A stretch of 55,307 nucleotides of DNA from an uncultured Candidatus Sumerlaeota bacterium (GTDB taxonomy: Bacteria; Bacillota; SLNR01): the NCBI GenBank assembly GCA_964503545.1, contig CAZDAI010000001.1, positions 1 to 55,307 of the forward strand, read 5' to 3'. Within the stretch, counting starts at the first letter, position 1. The number at the start of each line of letters is the position of its first letter. The notes under the pieces are model-generated. The model did no database searches and had not been told where the DNA came from. It saw nothing but the letters and a program-made list of their open reading frames with translations. Shown piece by piece: positions 8,265 to 16,575 of this stretch. The translations under genes and the position numbers were made by a program.

Positions 8265-11105
8265 TTAAAGCCGTATTCTGCAGTCAACAACTACAAATCG
8301 ATCTTTGTTGGAATCATAAATGAGTGGATTCAAATCCATTTCTGAGATTTGCGGCATATCCATTACAAGCCAGCCAACGCGGGCAATCAGGTCCGCCAGT
8401 TTTTCCAGGTTAATTCCCTTAGCACCTCTGAAACCTTTGAGGATCGGATAGCCGCACAACCGGCGGATCATCTCCATTGCCTGTTCATGACTAACCGGTG
8501 CGTAGCCGAAGGTTATGTCTTGATATACTTCTACTGCTGTTCCGCCAAAACCGATCATGATGCCATGCCCCAGCGAACCATCTCTGACGGCTCCGATGAT
8601 GACCTCCTGACCCGCAGGGATCTGTTCCTGAACTTCTACGCCTTCTGAACCTGGGAAGCGCTCTAGCATTGCCGCCACAGCCTTCTCCAGTTCCTGCTGA
8701 GATTGAATATTCATTACGACTCCGCCCACATCGGTCTTGTGGGTGATATCCGGATGTACAATTTTCAGTACAACCGGGTATGACTGTACCCGCTCTATCT
8801 GCTCCTCACCAGGCTTTAGCATAACTGTATGGGCAAATTCAAATCCATAAGCAGTCAGAAAATCCCTAGAAATCGGATTCGGAAGATAGCTGCCTCGTTC
8901 ATAGTCTGCAATGGAAAGCCTAAGGTTAGGGTTTAGTTTGTTCGGTTTGCTCCCTGCATCTACCGCTGCTGCAACAGGATGATCGCGCATCTGTGCCAGG
9001 GTAATGACAGTTTCTTCCGGAAAACCAAACGATGGAATGCTGCCTTCAATCATCACACGCCGTCCACCACTGCCTAAGGTCGGCCCGAAAAATGAACTAA
9101 GAACTGGAATTTGGATATTCTTCAGTTCTGTCTGCACAGCTTCTGCGACCTTGCCCGTATCGATGGTTGCCGGCGGAACACAGATCAACAGTAAAGCATC
9201 ATAGAGACCACTGTCTGCCATGGCTTTAACAGCCAAAGCATAGTGTTCAGGCGGTGCCGGTGCTACCAGATCCACGGGATTGCCAGTGGATGCTTCAGGT
9301 AAAAGTTCCTGCCCCAGGGCTTCTCGGGTTCCAACTGGCAACAGGGGGAGCTCAAAGCCATGGTCATGGAGCATATCAGCCACTAGAATACCGGGGCCAC
9401 CAGCGTTGGTGACAACCCCTACACGATTTCCCTTCACTTTAGGCATTACACTCAAGGCTGCCGCCAGGGTGAAAGCTTCACTTAAAGTCTTTACCCGTAT
9501 TGCGCCTGCTTGAGCTAGAAGTGCATCGGCTACTTGGTCATTTCCAGCCAAACTGCCCGTATGCGAACTGGCAGCCTGTGCCCCAGCTGCCGTCCGCCCT
9601 GCTTTTATAACAACGACAGGTTTTTTCCGAACCGCCTGGCGAATCAGATCACAAAAACGCGCTGGTTCTGTAATCGCTTCCAGGTATAAGAGCACCACCT
9701 TTGTCTGTTCATCGTCGATCAGCAAAGGCAGCAGATCATTGCTGGTAATATCCGCCTGATTGCCAAGGGATGCAATAATGGAAAACCCGAGCCCCATCGA
9801 TTCTGCATAATCAACCATCGCAGCCCCCAATGCTCCGCTTTGTGTCACAAAGCCAATACCGCCTCGTGGCGGGGCTGACTGGAGGATGTTCGCAAACAGA
9901 GACACCTCAGGATCTGTGTTTGCGATACCCATGCAGTTTGGGCCCAGAAGGCGCATATTATAATGATTCACAACCGCCAGAAGCTCTTTTTCTCTGGCAA
10001 GCCCTTCACTGCCAACTTCTTTGAATCCTGCAGAAATGCACACCAGCGCCTTGACCCCTTTTTCACCACATTCACTGGCAGCCTGGATCACTGCAGAAGA
10101 AGGAACAGCCAGAACAGCCATATCTACTGGTTCAGCAATATCCAGAACCGTAGTGTATCCGGGGACGTCCATCACATTTTCTCCCCGTCGATTGACTGCA
10201 AATACCTGCCCTGTAAAGCCTCCCGCTGCGAGATTGCGCACGATTGCATGGCCGATTCCTCCTTTGGCCGATGCTCCGATGACAGCCACACTGCGCGGTT
10301 TCACAAAAGCATCCATTGGCCGCATATACAAAGGAATGTTATTATCCCAGCTGGCGAGCCTTACCCCATGTGGCGCAGGTTCATTTTTGTAGTATACATT
10401 GCCTTGCTCGTCTTCCTGAAAAGCACCGCGAGCAATTTCCCAAATTGTTCTGGCAGCAATAGCCCGAGATTGTCGATTTACTGCGCTAAGATAATGGCGT
10501 TCTCCTTCGTCCCCTTTTAATCCGAGGGCTTTGTCAACGGGCACTGGTGGCGAAATCATCAGCAAAGGTCCGCCATCCAGTTTCTTGGTAGCAATGTGGG
10601 ATGACGAGTGCAGAGTATCGGCATCGGCATCCAAAGCATCGCGAATGCCGTGGGCTCCGGCATAAAGACGATGACCGTCTTTTTCTACAGACAAGTCCGC
10701 TGGATGCACATTCACAACTCTGTAAGTGTCAACCACGGCATCTGTCGTTGCCCAAACATAACCTGCCAACAAAATCAGATCAGGTTGGAATGGTTCAATC
10801 AATTTTAATACTTCCGCATCAAACATCGCGCGTACAGTTCGATCTTTCAGTGGGGCATTGCGATCTTTATGATACTGACGCAGATTCAGGCTCACATGGG
10901 GAAACCCATATTTTTCTGCTGTCTCAATCGCCTTGGACTGCGGATTATCAGAGAAAACACCCACCACTTCAAAGGGTGAACCTTCGGGGGATTTCTCCAA
11001 TTCTTTCTGTAGCTCCAATACTTTCCATAAGGTATTCCCTGATCCAGACGCAAACCCTACAACACGCATTTTCCCTTGACGAGGGTTATGAATTGGCAAC
11101 AACAT
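8265..11105 (-). CDS. fusion protein: PurN/Fmt-like formyltransferase domain + ADP-forming acyl-CoA synthetase (CoA-binding, ligase-CoA and ATP-grasp domains)
   Basis: The N-terminal region has GFASGSGNTL, NVHPADL and LDGGPL (Asn/His/Asp formyltransferase triad positions). It is followed by PRSVAVIGAS CoA-binding, SSHTGSLAG (phospho-His loop) and a C-terminal ATP-grasp. SD GGAGGAGG lies 9 nt upstream of the ATG at 11105. Confidence 0.8.
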   Translation of the reverse strand: MLLPIHNPRQGKMRVVGFASGSGNTLWKVLELQKELEKSPEGSPFEVVGVFSDNPQSKAIETAEKYGFPHVSLNLRQYHKDRNAPLKDRTVRAMFDAEVLKLIEPFQPDLILLAGYVWATTDAVVDTYRVVNVHPADLSVEKDGHRLYAGAHGIRDALDADADTLHSSSHIATKKLDGGPLLMISPPVPVDKALGLKGDEGERHYLSAVNRQSRAIAARTIWEIARGAFQEDEQGNVYYKNEPAPHGVRLASWDNNIPLYMRPMDAFVKPRSVAVIGASAKGGIGHAIVRNLAAGGFTGQVFAVNRRGENVMDVPGYTTVLDIAEPVDMAVLAVPSSAVIQAASECGEKGVKALVCISAGFKEVGSEGLAREKELLAVVNHYNMRLLGPNCMGIANTDPEVSLFANILQSAPPRGGIGFVTQSGALGAAMVDYAESMGLGFSIIASLGNQADITSNDLLPLLIDDEQTKVVLLYLEAITEPARFCDLIRQAVRKKPVVVIKAGRTAAGAQAASSHTGSLAGNDQVADALLAQAGAIRVKTLSEAFTLAAALSVMPKVKGNRVGVVTNAGGPGILVADMLHDHGFELPLLPVGTREALGQELLPEASTGNPVDLVAPAPPEHYALAVKAMADSGLYDALLLICVPPATIDTGKVAEAVQTELKNIQIPVLSSFFGPTLGSGGRRVMIEGSIPSFGFPEETVITLAQMRDHPVAAAVDAGSKPNKLNPNLRLSIADYERGSYLPNPISRDFLTAYGFEFAHTVMLKPGEEQIERVQSYPVVLKIVHPDITHKTDVGGVVMNIQSQQELEKAVAAMLERFPGSEGVEVQEQIPAGQEVIIGAVRDGSLGHGIMIGFGGTAVEVYQDITFGYAPVSHEQAMEMIRRLCGYPILKGFRGAKGINLEKLADLIARVGWLVMDMPQISEMDLNPLIYDSNKDRFVVVDCRIRL

Positions 11106-11134
11106 ACAATGCATCCTCCTCCATAGACAAGTTT

Positions 11135-11866
11135 TTACTTCATCTCAATTCGATTTCTCAGCGCTCCGACCAGCACCTTGTTTTCCGATGACCGGATGAT
11201 TTCTGCTGTAATTTCTTCTCCCGCGGTGCTGTTTACAGCCTCAATCGCGTCCAAAGCCAGCATCTTTCGGTATACATAGAGCGGGTAGGTGTAATAGTAT
11301 GAGAATTTTCCCGGATGATCGAAGGAAGGATGGAACAGGCGCAACATGCTCTTCCTTACCGGCTTACCGTAAGTATGGATGCTGATCGCGGTCTTGTCAT
11401 CGATGGCTCTCATGCTATGTGGTCCTTCCTCCAAAGGCAGTACATGGAAAACCTGCCCCTGCCCATAATTCTTTGGTTCCTGAGAATCAAGCATTACTGC
11501 ATGATCCTCTTCTCCCTGCCAAAGCCATTTTGTCTCTTCAATCTGGCCGCGATACAATCCGACAATTCCCCAAGAACCATGGTCATGGATCGGGTATGGT
11601 ACATGGGGCGCCCAGATAAAACAGTGCATAGAGAAATCTTTATCCGGATCGCGGTAGAGGCTAAAGCCGTTAATATCCGGCGGTAAAAAAGACTCCGGCT
11701 CTTCCTTTCTAGCTGCCTCAGCCAACACTTCAATGAGCAAATCCGGCTGGTTCATCAGCATTTCTTTGCATTCTTTTACCCGTTCAATTTTCTCATCGCG
11801 TTGCATATCACTGCTGCTGATCGCTTTTACTTGAGATAAATACTCATTGAACTCAATTTTTTTCAT
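11135..11866 (-). CDS. cupin-fold protein, cysteine dioxygenase type I-like
   Basis: 243 aa. FIWAPHVPYPIHDHGSWGIVGLYRGQIEE resembles the CDO metal-binding cupin motif. The start overlaps the upstream gene by 14 nt. Confidence 0.65.
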   Translation of the reverse strand: MKKIEFNEYLSQVKAISSSDMQRDEKIERVKECKEMLMNQPDLLIEVLAEAARKEEPESFLPPDINGFSLYRDPDKDFSMHCFIWAPHVPYPIHDHGSWGIVGLYRGQIEETKWLWQGEEDHAVMLDSQEPKNYGQGQVFHVLPLEEGPHSMRAIDDKTAISIHTYGKPVRKSMLRLFHPSFDHPGKFSYYYTYPLYVYRKMLALDAIEAVNSTAGEEITAEIIRSSENKVLVGALRNRIEMK

Positions 11867-12713
11867 GCTTTCTTATTTCCTCCTCTGACCAACTGCCCCA
11901 TTGGCGGTAATGATTCCATACCTGGCTTTCCGGAGAATGGGCATACGTTTCTAAATTGTCTTTCTCCGCCAAATACAGACCGGTCTTCTTTTCTCCGTTG
12001 AAAAGCTTTCTATCATTGCCAACAGGGCAGACTTTGATACAAATCCCACAAGGGTAGCAGCGTCTGCGTGTCAGATCTTCTGCTCGCTGAGCACAAGCCA
12101 GTGAGTTAAAATCTGGTTTGTATCTGTCATCCCTGGGCAATATCGCATTCACCGGGCAACACTGCGCACATGCGCGGCAGCGAATGCAGAGTTCTTTTTC
12201 CATGATGGGATCACCTTCAATTACAGCGTCAGCAAAAACAGAAACCCAGCGAATCCGAGGTCCATATTCAGATGTGAGGATGACATTGTTCATGCCGATG
12301 GTACCTAGCCCCGCATATTTTGCTGCATAGACATGGGAAAATGCAGCACGCGGTTTATCTTTAATAATGCGGATATTGCCATACCCATCTCTGGGAAACG
12401 AATAGGAGGCGATTCCTTTTCTGCATAAATGCCGGGAAAGTTGATACGCCAAATCATCCAGGACCCGGTTTACGGTGTTGTAGAGTTCCATATGCATAGC
12501 AGAAGGAGTGGTTTCAACTACAGGGAGAGGCATCCCCATTCCAAAAACGATGACTGTCTTGCCTTGAGGGAACAGACGGCCTGGGCGAAAATCTGGATGC
12601 ACCTCATTCAACTCATCCCACCGATTGACAGGTGCAAATCCAATTAAATCAGCACCTCGTTCTTTGAGAAACCCTAATACCTCGTCTTTTAATTCACTCT
12701 GTGCGATCATCAT
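11853..12713 (-). CDS. 2x[4Fe-4S] protein of the reductive-dehalogenase / epoxyqueuosine-reductase-like family
   Basis: CIRCRACAQCCP and CYPCGICIKVCP motifs. Paralogous to 51473..52249. SD GGGAGGTG lies just upstream of the tandem ATGs at 12713/12710. Confidence 0.7.
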   Translation of the reverse strand: MMIAQSELKDEVLGFLKERGADLIGFAPVNRWDELNEVHPDFRPGRLFPQGKTVIVFGMGMPLPVVETTPSAMHMELYNTVNRVLDDLAYQLSRHLCRKGIASYSFPRDGYGNIRIIKDKPRAAFSHVYAAKYAGLGTIGMNNVILTSEYGPRIRWVSVFADAVIEGDPIMEKELCIRCRACAQCCPVNAILPRDDRYKPDFNSLACAQRAEDLTRRRCYPCGICIKVCPVGNDRKLFNGEKKTGLYLAEKDNLETYAHSPESQVWNHYRQWGSWSEEEIRKHEKN

Positions 12714-12799
12714 GTCACCTCCCATTTATCATTGTGAGAGTAGAGGATTTTCTTTATATTAATCGAACATTTATGTAACCACACAAAGGGGGTATGAAA

Positions 12800-13060
12800 A
12801 TGGACTGCAAACTGATGGCTATCCGTGTTGACCAAAGAACCCTTCATGCTGTTGCTGTTCAGAAGTTGCTGACCGAATATGGGTGCCATATTAAAACTCG
12901 GATCGGCTTCCATGAAGCTCGTAAAGATTTTTGTGGTGAAGACGGGATTATTGTCCTGCATTTGTGTGCTGATGACCAAGGCGCAGCAGCTGAATCCCTA
13001 GCTACTGAATTGAACAGTCTCGATGGTGTGTCAGCAAAGATTGTCTCTTTTGACTGCTAG
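12800..13060 (+). CDS. small ACT/NikR-C-like putative regulator (resembles the TM1266-type Fe-only hydrogenase system regulator family)
   Basis: About 86 aa, divergent from the Fe-S/cupin operon. SD AAGGGGG lies 7 nt upstream of the ATG at 12800. The family assignment comes from a remembered sequence pattern only. Confidence 0.4.
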   Translation: MDCKLMAIRVDQRTLHAVAVQKLLTEYGCHIKTRIGFHEARKDFCGEDGIIVLHLCADDQGAAAESLATELNSLDGVSAKIVSFDC

Positions 13061-13163
13061 TATATTATATCATAGGGAAAACACCTGGATAAGTTTCAAA
13101 TGAGATTTCAGGACAAGCGTCCCGATTGGCTATGGTCGATCGGGACTGCCATTTTAATGTCCA

Positions 13164-13195
13164 TAAAAAAAGATTTCCAGTGCAGGAAATCTTTT
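13164..13195. terminator. bidirectional hairpin terminator between convergent genes
   Basis: AAAAAAAGATTTCC-agtgca-GGAAATCTTTT. Confidence 0.55.
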
Positions 13196-13226
13196 GTACT
13201 ATTTACTCGTCCCCTCGCAGAATCGC

Positions 13227-13853
13227 TTATTCCTCTGGAGGCGCTTTATACAATAGAGCGCGGATCTGCTCTTGTGCGTTTACCAGCAGATGGTCACCAT
13301 GGGAAAGAAAAGCTTTTTCAAAGGGGTACGACAGAAGTCTTTCGATGCTGTCTCTGGCCTTTATCACATCTTCTGAATACACTCGCGGCGGACTTGATAA
13401 CACTCCCCGATACCCCCCTGCTCCGAAGACACTGTCACCTGTGAACAAGATTCTTTCCTTCTCATAGTACAGTGCAATGTTGCCTGCTGAATGCCCCGGT
13501 ACATGGATTACACGCAGTATGCCTGCGACTAGGTCACCATGCTCAAGCGTTTGGGTAACAGGCACCGGAATCTTATCGATTTCCAGACTGTGAGCTGCAA
13601 TGGTAACTTCTGGCATCTTTGCAACAATCCCAGGCAATGCACCAGTATGATCGCGATGATGATGAGTAAGAATAATCATTGCAATGTTAAGGGGCATGAT
13701 TACACTAAGGAATTCTTTTGTGTCGTCCTCCATACAGGTGTCAATCAGAACATACCCATGCGATGTTTCCAATAAAAATGCGCGAAAACGATTCCCCCTA
13801 AACTCAGTCTGAATCTCGAAAATCCCCGGTAAAAGCTCGATTTTTTGAATCAT
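13227..13853 (-). CDS. MBL-fold metallo-hydrolase
   Basis: 208 aa with the THHHRDHTG metallo-beta-lactamase motif. The start overlaps the ACT gene stop by 1 nt (TAATG). Confidence 0.85.
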   Translation of the reverse strand: MIQKIELLPGIFEIQTEFRGNRFRAFLLETSHGYVLIDTCMEDDTKEFLSVIMPLNIAMIILTHHHRDHTGALPGIVAKMPEVTIAAHSLEIDKIPVPVTQTLEHGDLVAGILRVIHVPGHSAGNIALYYEKERILFTGDSVFGAGGYRGVLSSPPRVYSEDVIKARDSIERLLSYPFEKAFLSHGDHLLVNAQEQIRALLYKAPPEE

Positions 13854-14233
13854 TAATTATCACCCCTAAATTTGAATCCTGATTCTTCGAGTACTGTCTG
13901 CGCTAGCGCTGCCCCATCAATTTTTATCATAATATAGTCTGTACTGAATGTCGAGAGGGTATACACACTGATTCCTGTTTTTGCCAGAGGATCTAGAATA
14001 GAAGAGAGGATACTGACGAGAGAAAAACCCAGATGCCCTGCAACACGCAGCAGCTTCCAGCCTGCTTCTTTTCTGATTTGGTCAGGAATATTCTTATCCA
14101 GGCATACGATTGACAGCTCCTCTTCTGTCTTTGTTACAGACCAAAAGCCAGACCGGTTCAGCCATGCCGCTTCAGTTTCTTCCGGCGGGCATTGACATCC
14201 AGCATAACTGCCTGCCAGCCATTCCAACTCCAT
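13853..14233 (-). CDS. ACT-domain protein (ACT_7-like)
   Basis: 126 aa. Pattern ..EELSIVC..GWKLLRV.G.L.F..VSILSSI...LA..GISVYTLSTFSTDYIMIK. Confidence 0.6.
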   Translation of the reverse strand: MELEWLAGSYAGCQCPPEETEAAWLNRSGFWSVTKTEEELSIVCLDKNIPDQIRKEAGWKLLRVAGHLGFSLVSILSSILDPLAKTGISVYTLSTFSTDYIMIKIDGAALAQTVLEESGFKFRGDN

Positions 14234-14235
14234 GG

Positions 14236-14985
14236 TTAATCCTCAGAATCTTTATTAAACTGCCACAAGCTGTTGTAGCCAGTAATTTCTTTCTTCTCCG
14301 GCCATGCAAATGTTTTTATTTTACTCGTTTTCTTTCCTAGGTCGAAAAGACTTTCCACCATTTTTACAGCGGCTGCAACGCCATTGATCACCGGAACTTT
14401 GAGCTCATCTTCAATTTCTTCTTCCAGCCCCGCCATTCCGGCACAACCCAGCAGCAATGCTTCAGCTCCATCTTCTGCAACGGCTATTCGGCCCGCTTCT
14501 TTTAAAGCTTCCGCACCTCTTTTCGGATCCTGTTCAAAGTCCAGCACGCTCAAGCCGGTAGAGCGCAAAGATGCACAGCGATTCCATAATCCGTATTTGT
14601 GAATCAGCTCTTCGGTGATCATTTGGGATCTGGCCAGCACTGTCAGAACAGAGAATTTTGGTGCAAGCATGCAGGCGGTCAACATTGCTGCTTCAGCGAT
14701 GCCGATCACAGGGACACGCGTAATTTCACGTGCTGCAAAAAGCCCCGGATCACCGAAACAGGCAATGATATAGCCATTAAACCCTTCTTTTTCTCCCTGC
14801 AGCACTTCTTCTAATACACCCATAATCGCAATCTGCTCATCGTAGTAGCTTTCGATCGAAACCGGTCCGCGCCGCGGACTCACGGTCACGATCTCAGTGT
14901 CATTGCGGGCAATGGCTTTTGCTGACAATTCAATGGATCGTGTCATACCCCAGGTTGTATTGGGGTTAATTATTTTAATGCGCAC
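14236..14985 (-). CDS. Asp/Glu/hydantoin racemase family protein (hydantoin racemase-like)
   Basis: 249 aa with two conserved Cys-containing halves (..IIACFGDPG.. and ..LLLGCAGM..). Confidence 0.85.
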   Translation of the reverse strand: MRIKIINPNTTWGMTRSIELSAKAIARNDTEIVTVSPRRGPVSIESYYDEQIAIMGVLEEVLQGEKEGFNGYIIACFGDPGLFAAREITRVPVIGIAEAAMLTACMLAPKFSVLTVLARSQMITEELIHKYGLWNRCASLRSTGLSVLDFEQDPKRGAEALKEAGRIAVAEDGAEALLLGCAGMAGLEEEIEDELKVPVINGVAAAVKMVESLFDLGKKTSKIKTFAWPEKKEITGYNSLWQFNKDSED

Positions 14986-15012
14986 CTTGTTGCCTCCTTA
15001 TTATCGATTTCC

Positions 15013-16452
15013 TTAAATCGACTTGAATCTGCGTAACAGGGCCGGATCGAGTTTTCTTTTCACAAATCGTCCGATACCCGGTTCAGCCACCAGCTTACCA
15101 TCCTCAATGACCAACTGGCCCCTAAGATATGTGGCCATCACAGATCCTTTTGCTTTCATGCCCTCCCAAGGATTGTATTGGGTATCCAGATGGAGTTTGT
15201 CGTAGGTAAGTGTAGATTCCTGCTCTGGATCCACGAGAACAAGGTCGGCATCAAATCCGACGCCAATATCTCCTTTATGAGGATACAGACCAAAAATTCG
15301 GGCAGCATTGTAGCTGGTAATTTTCACAAACTCATTCCAGGTCAGCCGGCCCTTATTGATTCCCTCCGACACGATAACGTGGAACCGGCTTTCCATCCCG
15401 GTAAGACCATTGACAACCTTATGGAACTCCGGAATTATTTCACCCTGGGCATCCACATCCATGGGGGCACGTTTCGCTGCCGCAGAATAGTTGCAGTCAT
15501 CCGATCCCGTTACTGACAGGGAGCCTTCTGATAATCCGTCCCACATAGCCTGCACATGGTCTTCGGATCTCAATGGCGGACTGCAGATATACTTGTAGCC
15601 ATCTTTGCGTTTTAGCAATTCATCGGTCAGGCTCAAGTAATGGGAGCAGGTTTCCCCGTAAACCGGCTGCCCAGTCTTCTGAGCTGCTGCAATTGCTTCC
15701 ACACCGCCGCGGGTTGAAACATGATAAACAAAGATAGGGCACTGTGTTCTGCGTGCCAGATACACTGCCCTTTGTATTGCTTCCTCTTCTGCGATGGGCG
15801 GCCGAGTTCGTGCATGTGCGTGCCAATCTGTCTGCCCGGAAGCTACAGCTTCGTCAATGAGCGATTCAACAATATCATTGTTTTCTGCATGCACACCCGG
15901 CAGGGCATGGTGTTTGCGTGCTTCTTCCAGTACTTTAAGCATTATCCCGTCATGAGCCTGTATTCCCTGTTTCCTGTAAGTCATAAACATCTTGAATGTT
16001 GGTACTCCATAGGCGACCAATTCCCGAATCTCTTGGATGATCCGCTCCGGTGCTTCTACAATCCGTGGGTGAAAGGAATAATCGATCACTGCCTTTCCTT
16101 TTGCTTCCGCATCTTTTACCCGGACAGAATCAAGCATGGTTTGACCGATATCTGTGTTGGTAAAATCGAGAATGGTGGTTACACCGCCGAAAGCAGCGGC
16201 TGCAGTCCCGCTAAAAAAATCTGCGGCTCCCATCTGTCCCATAAATGGGGACAGAAAATGAACGTGCATATCGATAAGTCCGGGTAGTACCAGTAATCCA
16301 TCAGCATCAACTTCACGGTGCGCAGGTGGAACATCCTTGGTTGAAAGGATTGCAGAAATTTTCCCCCCGGAAATGGCGATATTCCCCTGGTAAGAATCTC
16401 TCGCTGTTGTAATCATGCCATTCTTAATGATTAGATCATACACAATACTCAC
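15013..16452 (-). CDS. dihydropyrimidinase / D-hydantoinase
   Basis: 479 aa cyclic amidohydrolase. DMHVHF metal motif, TFKMFMTY (carbamylated Lys region), HAEN, and a terminal ..SDDC... Confidence 0.88.
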   Translation of the reverse strand: MSIVYDLIIKNGMITTARDSYQGNIAISGGKISAILSTKDVPPAHREVDADGLLVLPGLIDMHVHFLSPFMGQMGAADFFSGTAAAAFGGVTTILDFTNTDIGQTMLDSVRVKDAEAKGKAVIDYSFHPRIVEAPERIIQEIRELVAYGVPTFKMFMTYRKQGIQAHDGIMLKVLEEARKHHALPGVHAENNDIVESLIDEAVASGQTDWHAHARTRPPIAEEEAIQRAVYLARRTQCPIFVYHVSTRGGVEAIAAAQKTGQPVYGETCSHYLSLTDELLKRKDGYKYICSPPLRSEDHVQAMWDGLSEGSLSVTGSDDCNYSAAAKRAPMDVDAQGEIIPEFHKVVNGLTGMESRFHVIVSEGINKGRLTWNEFVKITSYNAARIFGLYPHKGDIGVGFDADLVLVDPEQESTLTYDKLHLDTQYNPWEGMKAKGSVMATYLRGQLVIEDGKLVAEPGIGRFVKRKLDPALLRRFKSI

Positions 16453-16575
16453 TCCCCTCAGTCCTCTGCTCCTGCTTTTTGTTTGTACTTTCGAACTTCT
16501 CCACGACTAAAAAGCTGTTTACACCTGTTTGTATTCGGCGAGTAATTGGCTACCTGGTTCCTTCATCATATCCCG

